Assembly: GCA_020891255.1 (NCBI GenBank)
Contig: BQFW01000004.1
Location: 1,736,001-1,800,000, forward strand
Direction: 5' to 3'
DNA length: 64,000 nt
Source of the DNA: Entomortierella parvispora E1425
Lineage: Eukaryota; Fungi; Mortierellomycota
Below are positions 36,767 through 48,469 of the stretch, piece after piece. Position numbers and translations under genes: made by a program. A model generated the notes under the pieces. The model was not told the origin of the DNA. It made no database searches and saw only the letters and a program-made list of their open reading frames with translations. Positions within the stretch are counted from its first letter, which is position 1, and every line of letters starts with the position of its first letter.

Positions 36767-38934
36767 TTAATAGGATATAGAGAGTGCTGACGCTGCCAAG
36801 GTGCCTTCAGAATGCAGAGGCTGCTGTTGCTGCTGATGGAGCCCTGTGCTGGAGGATGAGGTTGACTGTGACGAATACAATCCCGAGGAAGCCGAGACGA
36901 CCGTAAACGTTGACCAGTCCGGCACTGTGCCCGTGAAGTTCTCCCTCAGCAGTTCTGGTCCAGAGGATTTGAGCGAGCCCACCAAGGATCCGCCAATCCA
37001 ACCGCGACAGTTGGGCATGAAGACCTTTCCACTGCTTTGATACACTTTCTTGGGCTGATCCTTCTTCTTCTTGCGCGGATCTTTGTCCCTTGTGGTTGTT
37101 CTGGGAGGAGCGCTGGTCTCTGGGTCGACATCCATGGGTGAGGAGGACGAGGCGCCCAGTCCTGCTGCTGATGTCGAAGTGGCTGCAGCGGCAGCGGCGG
37201 CCAAAGAGGCTTCCGCAGGGGTAAAGTCATCCAAGAAGCGTACCGCATCCGCCAGTCCTGAAAGTGCCTTCCAGCGTTTATTCGTCTGCAACGATCGACG
37301 AATCTCTTGCAGCAGTCTGTTTTGCAAATTGGGCAACTGCGCGGTGCCTCCGATCAACAACAACGAGCTGATCATGGGTCGACGAAGATCCGAGGGAACC
37401 TTGGACACAGTTTCCAAAATCACATCTGTCAAACTCTCGGCATCCTCATCGCCATTGAACAGACATTCGCTAGCGCGCTCTCGGATCCAACCGGGGATCG
37501 CCAACTTTCCTCTGGCCTGTTCTTCATGCAGCCAGACCTCGACATTGACCTCGGTCGAAGTGGACACGTCCCGATAGTTGTTGTTCATCTCGTCCTCTCC
37601 AATGTTGTCTCTTGCGTTGATGATGAGGGGCGAGGCAAAGAGCAGGCGCGTTTTGATTGTCTCCAGGAAGGCACTTGTCAGCATGCCCTCGGGTATAATC
37701 CGGAGATCAGTCGGATTGTCGACCAAGGAGATGGGGCATTTTTCCTTCAAGAGTTGCTTCAGATGTGTCGAAAGGAATTTTCCTGCACGAGGCGTTGTTC
37801 GAATGAATGGCATGAGTGGTCGAGAGGAGTATATCTATGTAATTCAAGTCAGAAAGCAAAAAAAACCCCCCGATCTCGTCAGCGAATAGGGTAATGGTTG
37901 ACCTGACATTACGAATAGTTCAAGAATTTTGGTAATTCCTTACAGGAAGAACAGTGGTCTCCAAATGTCCACAGTCGATGACGAGTCCTGTAGCTGTTCC
38001 AGTCGTCAAAAGCGCCAACAGATGGTTAGGCGTGAACGATACTGAGGGTACCTATATAATGAAACAATCCCGAATGATATTAGATCTCCACACAGGTGAG
38101 ATTTTCCATACTTGTGTCCCCCAGTGCCTTTTCGTTTTGCTTTACCTGAAGCTTTTCAAAGAGGACTTTGGCAATAGACTCCTTCAATGCAATGGGCGCC
38201 AGAGGAGACTCGCAAATGATGACCTTGCGTTGTTTAGGATCCGTCAACAGATATCTACAAGAGGCATAAAGAGCATGCGCAGTCAGTACTTGAGCGATAG
38301 GTCTTCTAAGACACTGGCATTGTTCTGGGACAGAAGGCTCTTACTTGAAGTAGACGTCGTTGAGGTAGTCTGCTAGGCGTTCCTCCAGGATCTGAAGTCG
38401 CTCCTGCTCTGTTTGTCCACTGCTGTTTTTCCGCATCATGTCCAATTGGTATAATTCAGCGTACTATGGATCAATAAGGAAAGCCTTGTTAGCAAATTGT
38501 TTGCATCGTTTCTCCTTTACACATGACAGATATCTCGGCCATCATGTGTTGTGCCTGCAATAGCTCTCCTGGATTTCCCTTTTTCTTCTATTTCCTCTCC
38601 TGTTTGGGAACATGGTAGTCATCTTGCTTTTTCAACAAAAAAGTGAAAACCTCACCTCATAAGGATTGATGCCGCGGCAGTTCTGGTTGGACCTAAGGTT
38701 GCAGCTTTCACCGCATTCATGACCGACATGTTGCTCTGAGATGGCATTCAGCCCGAGGTAGTCATCCAAAGCCTCTTCACTGAGGAACATTGAGAGAAAG
38801 TGACGCGGTCTTGCTTCTCCGGAGAAGCCGCATTTGAGGTAGCATGAGCCAATGTCGAGGACGATGCGCTCCTCAATGCCGTAGATGCTGGTCTTGAAGG
38901 AAAGGTCCCGAATCTTTGACAGGGGCAGGGCCAT
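36767..38934 (-). CDS. ARP10: Actin-related protein 10 (dynactin pointed-end subunit Arp10/ACTR10-like), multi-exon
   Basis: IVLDIGSCYLKCGFSGE.RPR; VLVVDCGHLETTV.PIF (spliced); E.LEDIK.R..F; SLTDVILET..KVP.DLR; LLLIGGTAQLP.L..RL..E; WIGGSL.G.L. No intact actin ATP-binding motif. Confidence 0.8.
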
Positions 38935-39353
38935 GGTTGTCAGTGAATGCTCGGTTTAGGTCCTGGTTGTTGAAGGTCAAGAATCTGTTGCTGGAAGGAT
39001 GGAAAGGGACAGGTCAGTCAAACAGGCTACCGCAGGGGCAATGTCGATGCGAGGCTGATGATGAACAGGAGAAGAAAGAAGGAAGAGAGGGACACGGTGC
39101 AGAGTAGACAGAAACAGAGACAAGATGCATGCACCATGGCATGGTCTAGAGCAAGTGAAGGTGCAACGCGCGACTCTCCTCGGCCGGTGGCTTTGAAATT
39201 GCACGAAGAGGTGTGCAGTGTCGCACCTCGACTTTTTGACTTTTTTTTTTCTCCCCGTCTATTTCAACTTGACGCGCGTTATTATTGTTGCATCCATCCA
39301 TTCTTCATCCCTTCACTTGCAGGAACACAGGACCAACCCAGATCATCACAGTC

Positions 39354-40760
39354 ATGGCACAGGACTCATCACGGCGTAAATCAAGAATCGGACCAGGCCT
39401 GTTGCGTTCCATCGGAGTTTCGTCTGGAGCGACAGCAACAGCTACAGCAGGACCAACCACCGCCACCACAACAACATCAGGAACAGCGACAGGGACAGGC
39501 ACTGATGTCCACAACTCGCTCTTCAGCTCGATGCGACAGGACAGTGAAGCAAACCCATTACGGAGGTCACAGCGTCAACCTCACTCTTCAGAGAATGCTG
39601 AATCTGGAACAGAGGCAGCCCAGGAGGCATCTTTGACTCATTTCCAACCCATCTCCAAAGAGATTGCCGATCCCGTTGACAGACTCTGCGTCGCTGTTGA
39701 CCAGCTCGTGGACAAGATGGCTGTTGTGGCCGATATTCATGCAGGACTCGCCTACTTTAACGAGTCGTTTGGGTCACTGCTTTATGGACTCAAGATGAAC
39801 GCTGCCAATATCGAATGGACAGAGGTACGCGAATCGAGGGCTGGAAAACAGAACGCGTCAAAAACGATAGATCGTTGAATCTCACAAACGAGTTTCCTTT
39901 CTTATGTCATGATACTTGTAGGCACCTACCAAATTGTCGTTCGAGAGGCAAGAAAAAAGAGAGATCGGTAAGGGGACGGCCATGTGGCAGGATATTACTC
40001 TGTGACCTTCGGACCATCTATAGAAGAACCCTACTCACAAAGCTGCATTCCTTGTTTTCTCTATCTATCAGAGGCTGCACTACTCCAACAGCAACAAGAG
40101 GAACTGGAGCAGATCCGAAGACAACAAATCCTTGAGCAAGAACAGGAGCAAGAAAGGCAACGACTCGAGGCCGAACGGCAAGCGGAAGAACGTCTCAAGG
40201 CGGCACTGAGCAGCAACAATAATTCGTCCACAGGAAATAGACAGAGGAGACCGCCACCGGCAACAGCCAGGGTGATGACTGGAATCTCGAGAATACCCGC
40301 TGCAAGAGTTAAGCAACCACCTTCGGCCATGAGTGGAGGCGCCTCAAGAGTCGGACTAGGAGGCGGCGTTCGGAAACTTGCTGGCAGGATCGTTATGAAG
40401 AAGGTGGCCGACAAGCTGCCACTGCGATATCGAGACGAGGTAAGAAAAAGGAGTCTACACAGATCAACTCAGATAGGATGTGTGTTTGGATCGGATCTTG
40501 GGGACGATCGTAGTTCGTTTAACTGACATAGGATGTTCTCGTGTCAATAGCCTCATCGTGGACCCATTGAGGCCATTATGCGGTCACTGGGCGAACATAT
40601 GGAAGGACAGCAGCTTCCGGATCTGGTGGCAGTGGCAGGAGTGGCACGACACAAATGCAACGACTATCTTAATTTATTGGTGCAAGTCAAGGAGATCATC
40701 AAGACCACCAACAAGGGTATCGTATTTTCGCTCAATCCAGACCGATATCCCAGTCGGTGA
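39354..40760 (+). CDS. DAM1: DASH/Dam1 complex subunit Dam1 with long N- and C-terminal extensions; 4 exons
   Basis: Dam1 core L...VD...D...H..L..FNESFGSLLYGLKMNA..IEW.EAP. Exons 39354-39824, 39922-39967, 40072-40439, 40551-40760. Confidence 0.85.
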
Positions 40761-41130
40761 CAGTGAGAGAAAAAAAAACAAATTAAAAAGAAACCAAAAA
40801 GACAACTGTGCACCTGTGGAGAAGACAAGAGAAAAAGCAGAGAGGAAGAGGGAGAGAACGAAGGAAAGAGAAGGAAAGAGAAGAGACAAGTCGGAGATGG
40901 CACGTTGATCTGCAATCGCTTCCACTTCATTGGCGCCCTGTGCGTCCGTTTCGTTCGTTCTGTGTGCTCTCTCCCATGTGCAGCAGAAGGGGCGCTTGAT
41001 CAAGGTTCAGTCGTCCTTTGGGTTGTCTGACTCATTCCCCTCACGTCGCTTCATTGCTTCCTTCTCATTCCCCTTTCTTCTCTTTCCTCTTTTCTTTTAA
41101 CCCCTCTCATCTCCATCTCCATCTCCTCTC

Positions 41131-41185
41131 TTCTTTTCTTTTCTTTTCTTTTTCTTTTTCTTTTTCTTTTTCTTTTTCTTTTCTC
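41131..41185. repeat. (TTTTC/TTTTTC)n polypyrimidine repeat in the MTHFR 5' leader
   Basis: Direct read of the sequence, immediately upstream of ATG 41203. Confidence 0.85.
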
Positions 41186-41202
41186 CATTCACTCGCATTC
41201 AA

Positions 41203-43793
<2,591 letters not shown>

Positions 43794-43981
43794 AAACGGA
43801 TGACGAGAGACAAGAAAGAATACCCCTGGCCCATGTTCGTACACACCTGCACACCACGCACCAACACAGGAAAGATCTGGCTTACAATTTTGACGCCATT
43901 TTATGTAAATCTCCTACTTGAGGAATAAAGCGCTTTCGTTCTTAAAACAATATTCATTATATTTTATTGAGGTAAATGTAT

Positions 43982-44989
43982 CTAGGACCATGCAGGCCCC
44001 ACCTTTCTGAACATCCAGGATTCAAGATCACGGCCATCTTCACCACCACGGCTCAGATCGACAGACGAGTAGAGTTTAAAGCCCTGGTTCCTGATGGTGG
44101 TGAGGATCTGACACAGGAGCATCCTGATCCTCACTTCCTCACTCCCCCTTGTGTAGAAGGGATTTCCCCTCAGCTGAAACTGATATGCACCACAATACTT
44201 GCCATCAGATTGGATTCTGGATGAAAAAAAAAAGAAAAGGGGGGGGGGGGGGGGAAAGTTAGCAATAGTTGCTGCTGAACCCCAAGTAATCGACATCCTT
44301 TCTGTCATTTTTTTTTACCCTTGAGTCCAATATTTTTGGATAGTGGCTCGGACCAAAGGGACCATGCTTGAACAATCCATGATCCGGATGCAGTCTGTCC
44401 TGTTGAAGCTCACCGCAAACATCTCCACGCTCGAGTCAACAACGTGTGTATCCTCCCGGACCTGGCTTTCAAAAAACATGACGTCCATGCTATGTTCGTG
44501 TTTGCTGATATCCGCAGCCTGGATCAGATTCCACCCACGTTGGGCCATCATCTTCATGAGTTGACAGATCATCCGACGCGCCATCACACCCTCACTCCCA
44601 CCTCCTTGCCAAGGGCAACCTCTGAGCTTGAACTCGGTGCAGTAGATATTGGGGTCGCTTCTAGAGGTTCGAGAGGGCTCGTATTCATCCTGGATTCCGT
44701 TCGAGAACTTTAAGAGGATGGCCCGTACTTGCTGTACGAGAACTCGTGGGAAGTGGGTCAAGGTAAGCATGTCTCGGCCATGGAGGGAGATACAACAGCA
44801 ACGGGTCGAGAGTTGGTGGTTAGGAAGAGGTGCGGCCGTGTAACCCGGGAGTATCGATGGATCAATGTTGTTGGTCGCCCGTTGAGTCTCTGGATGAACG
44901 GTGGTTTGGATGGACTGTTGGACACGAGGGTGAGGGTCATTCTGAGACTGCGAACCCATTGGGGTATATGAAGGGAGGGAAAACTCCAT
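43982..44989 (-). CDS. Uncharacterised protein with two tandem copies of a roughly 100-aa alpha/beta domain; 2 exons
   Basis: Repeat 1: CISLHGRD.L.L..FP...GIQDE...EFKLRG.PW...G.E.V..R.MIC.LM..M...GW.L....DIS..D..FF. Repeat 2: FAVSFNRTD.IRIM...YW..GIQ.D...QFQLRGNPF..G.E.V..R.LLC.IL...GFKL...VDLS..ESW.F. Intron about 44220-44318; TATA on the - strand at 45072-45077. Confidence 0.75.
44239..44254. repeat. Poly(G) 16-mer within an intron (poly-C on the sense strand)
   Basis: Direct read of the sequence. Confidence 0.9.
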
Positions 44990-45284
44990 CTGGAGAGGGA
45001 ATACAAAGAGAGGAGGAGAGAGGATGAAAAGGAAAAGTAGTTGTGAAAGAAGGATAGAGGGACAGAGAGTGTTTATAAATAAAAAACTCAAAGTCGAACA
45101 AGCAGCTGTGTCTTTCCATCTTCTCCTTCTCAGAAGGATTCTAAACAGTCGATCGGGCGAAGAGCGCTGCTCTCAAGAGCAAAAAGGAAAATTCGGTAGG
45201 GCTGTAGCCCTGGATCATCCAAAACGGTCGACAAGGTAAAGACAGGTGCTCCCATCCATGGTCATTCAGAAACTCGATCGCCCT

Positions 45285-47057
45285 TTAATTTGAGGTGTAA
45301 TGGGTTATCTTATGGCGTTGTAGGATTGCACGCATGGCATATTGTTTGTCAATATTTTCATTCATCTCCCCTGTGATCTTTTCCAGTTTCCGCCAATGGA
45401 CAACCATCCACTCCATCTCCCTGGTCGTCATCTTCTGGACGCTTCGAAAGTCTAGTTGCTTCAGTCGCGACAGAGTCGAAAGTTGCCCAAGGCCATGTTC
45501 CAAGTCCAGATCCAATCGCTGTAGTGGTTTCGCATCTGCGCCCTCCTCGTCCTTAAAACTCGAGCGAAGGGCCAGTCTTTTGAGCTGTGTCAGTCGAGCG
45601 AGCTGACCATAGACAAATAGTTGGATTGACTTGGGAGCTGTAGAGCCTAAAGGAATACCCATTGCGATCCCGCTCTTCTGGAACGCGTCGTTTTCCAGGT
45701 CCAACACAATGTCAATGGAAAAAGAATCCAAAGTCGAACAGCAGATCCAGGGTTTCCCATGCACCATGTCCGAGGCGTACAACAGATCGCCATCGATACT
45801 GATCAGACATGGACACGATTCAAGAACCCGTTGCATCACCAGACTCGTTTTCTCTCTCCCACCGTAGAGGCTTAATGCAGTCAATGTCGAGAAATGAGCT
45901 GCGAGGGACTTCAAGGCTCCTGAACCGAATCCAGATCCTCCCATGGTCAGCTTTTTAAGGCCTGTGCGCTTTAAAGTCCATGATCTAGGACAAGCAGTAG
46001 GTGAAAAAGAAGAATCCTGACCCTGACAACATTGCTGCAGCCCGTCAAATATTTGAGCAAAATCCTGGTCTTGGAGAAGTAGGCCGGGCATAGAAAGCTC
46101 TGATAAAGATGGCCAGGTCCCCGCAGAGATCGTGCGTAAGAACTCTGTCTTTGGGAAGATCCTGTCATCACCCTTGTCTATAGGCACAGACCAGAGCAAT
46201 CGCTCCAGTTTCGAGCAAAAGGAAAGGAATCGAAGTTGTTGCTCATGATCTGATTTTTCCAGAGTGTATGCTACCGAGACTTGCCGAAACTCCTTGAGCT
46301 TGGGTGAGAGTCCCTCGGGGAGGGGAATGAAGCGAGGCGTGTCCTTTTGAGAAAGTGAGCAATAGATAAAGGACAAGGAATCAAGCCTGGAGATGGCGTG
46401 CCAGAACGAAGGCGTGTAGGGCTGGATCGAGATCCAACGCGTGTTCATAATGAAAAGATGTTTCAAATTCGGGTGATCTTGCACCGCGTTCCAAAGGTGG
46501 TCCCTTCTTATAGCGGTTGTTCTTAAAGATGCGTCGTCCGGGTCCTCGGCGGGCGATACGGGGGGCCATAATCCACTCGAGAGACGCAGCTTTGTTAGGA
46601 GAGAATTCCTTCGGACCAAGGCCGTGACGGCATCCCAGTAGGTCGCCTTGAATACCAAGCCGTCGTTCCCACGCGAGAGAACGAGTTCTGTCAGGTGAGT
46701 GATACTGGGGATGCTGAGGTAGTCCTTTTCGATTTCTCCAAAGCATTCCAGACGTTGCATGAAGTGACCATGGCGCGATGCAACCTCGAGGGAGGGCTCA
46801 TGCGCTGAGACAGAGCTGAAGAAGCTGACAAAGTTGCGGTAGAGGATGGGTCGAAAGATGAATTGCCATTGACGGCAGACGCGGATGCATCGGGTGAGGT
46901 CGCCGGCAGTAAGAAAGTTGCTAATGAGAGATGAGATTTCAGGCAAGTCCATGGGATGAATGGGACAGGACAAAAGAGACAAAATGGCGGGAAAAGAAAG
47001 GTACATGTGCTGGCGGGTAAAAAAAGGAAGAGCCGTTGTGGGTGCATCATGTGCCAC
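45285..47057 (-). CDS. F-box / RNI-like LRR protein, intronless (start may be ATG 47006)
   Basis: F-box HPMDLPEISSLISNFL...DL.RC.RVCRQW; LRR-like repeats; typical C-terminal block LESCP.L...D...KPW.C..L..F.I.I...V..QL..LT.LK.L.L...L.L.L..GL..L..L..LK.LDF...W..LE.I.G. Confidence 0.9.
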   Translation of the reverse strand: MAHDAPTTALPFFTRQHMYLSFPAILSLLSCPIHPMDLPEISSLISNFLTAGDLTRCIRVCRQWQFIFRPILYRNFVSFFSSVSAHEPSLEVASRHGHFMQRLECFGEIEKDYLSIPSITHLTELVLSRGNDGLVFKATYWDAVTALVRRNSLLTKLRLSSGLWPPVSPAEDPDDASLRTTAIRRDHLWNAVQDHPNLKHLFIMNTRWISIQPYTPSFWHAISRLDSLSFIYCSLSQKDTPRFIPLPEGLSPKLKEFRQVSVAYTLEKSDHEQQLRFLSFCSKLERLLWSVPIDKGDDRIFPKTEFLRTISAGTWPSLSELSMPGLLLQDQDFAQIFDGLQQCCQGQDSSFSPTACPRSWTLKRTGLKKLTMGGSGFGSGALKSLAAHFSTLTALSLYGGREKTSLVMQRVLESCPCLISIDGDLLYASDMVHGKPWICCSTLDSFSIDIVLDLENDAFQKSGIAMGIPLGSTAPKSIQLFVYGQLARLTQLKRLALRSSFKDEEGADAKPLQRLDLDLEHGLGQLSTLSRLKQLDFRSVQKMTTREMEWMVVHWRKLEKITGEMNENIDKQYAMRAILQRHKITHYTSN

Positions 47058-47203
47058 GTGGATGGCTGGTCCATTTTTTTATTTACTCTTCGAAAGGTGC
47101 ACGATATTGGATCTCTGGATGCCTGGATGTGGACGCGTACATGCAGCGTGCATGCAGGCTGTCTGCTGAGAAAGGATGAAAACAAACCAGATGAATAAGA
47201 GTC

Positions 47204-48040
47204 TTACAGCTGTGGTGTGAACGGCAGGACCCACCATTCGTCCCAAGATGGTCTGTTCACATCAGAGTTGACAAACGCAACGTGGCCAAGGGGGTTCTTC
47301 TTATCTTCAGTCGATGGCTTTGTGAACCCTAAAGTTGCCCAACCTTCGGCCTTCTTGTCGGTATTCTCAGCCGCAAGACGATTCACCTTCCTCAGCAGAG
47401 CTCGCGCTCTGCGCTTGTTCTTGTACGCTTCATCCGTAAAGATTTTCAGCCTCTTCAACCCCTTCCATGGCTTTGAAGGACCTGCCTCAACCGCAAACAG
47501 CTCGTCTGCATCATCGCCGCCGCTTTCACTCTCGCTGTCATCATCACTGCCTGGATTTTGACCTTCACGATTCAAATCCGTTGTAAGAGTGTCGTGGTCA
47601 TAGTTGGAGTCCATTATGTCTTTCGGCAGGTCGGAGTCCGAGATATCCATGTCGGACGCCTCATCATCCGTGTTTGTAGTATCCATATCGGATATAGCAT
47701 CATCCATGTCAACGGCGGTAATTGAAGTCGAGTTGGTCATCGCGCCTGTTATGTTCTGGGCGTGCATCACTGGGGAACGGTGATCAGAGAGCTCCATATC
47801 CAACTCCTCCTTGGAGGCATCGTCTGTGGTAACTGGGATCTGCAGGGCTATTTCCGTGATGAGCAGAGGTACAGGAGAAGCTGCGAGTGAACTGGTAATA
47901 GCAAGATCCGTCGCAGGCACCTCGTCTGTCAACTCTGATGGTGTTATGCCAGAGAACACATTCTTAAGATCCTGGCTATTGTTTATATCGGAGGAAGAAG
48001 ATATACGCGTCTGCAACTCTGATGGAGGTACCATAGCCAC
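47204..48040 (-). CDS. Hypothetical acidic low-complexity protein with a basic C-terminal segment (278 aa)
   Basis: Uninterrupted 837-nt ORF with a purine-rich region upstream on + (CT-rich leader on -). Asp/Ser/Thr-rich N-terminal two-thirds and a K/R/W-containing C-terminal region. No recognised domain. Confidence 0.55.
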   Translation of the reverse strand: MAMVPPSELQTRISSSSDINNSQDLKNVFSGITPSELTDEVPATDLAITSSLAASPVPLLITEIALQIPVTTDDASKEELDMELSDHRSPVMHAQNITGAMTNSTSITAVDMDDAISDMDTTNTDDEASDMDISDSDLPKDIMDSNYDHDTLTTDLNREGQNPGSDDDSESESGGDDADELFAVEAGPSKPWKGLKRLKIFTDEAYKNKRRARALLRKVNRLAAENTDKKAEGWATLGFTKPSTEDKKNPLGHVAFVNSDVNRPSWDEWWVLPFTPQL

Positions 48041-48469
48041 AGGATAAAGCGCCGTTGGAGAAATTGGTGGTCAGGGTCAAACGAATATGCGAATGGACAA
48101 ATGTGTGCAAGCGAATAGCTAGACAGACAGACACGCGGAGCGCGACAAGGCAGATAAAAGGGAAAATCCTTCGTGAACAGAAAGTAGCTAGTTTCTCTTG
48201 AGCAAGAAGAGAGGATGAAGGATGTAGATCAATGAGATTAATGGAAATCGTGCAAGTAAAGTGAAGCAACATGCAAACCAATGCACGCGCCATGACCTGA
48301 AAGAGCTGCGGTGGTGCAAGTTGGTGGCAACAACGTGACTGTCTTGGACTCGCAAATCACGTTATTGAGTCTCTCAGACAGACAGACGTGCATCTCCCAA
48401 CGGACCTCCTTCTATTCCCTCCTCATTCCCTTCAGTCATCCTTCCCTTCGCTTTCCTTTGTCTTCTTCA

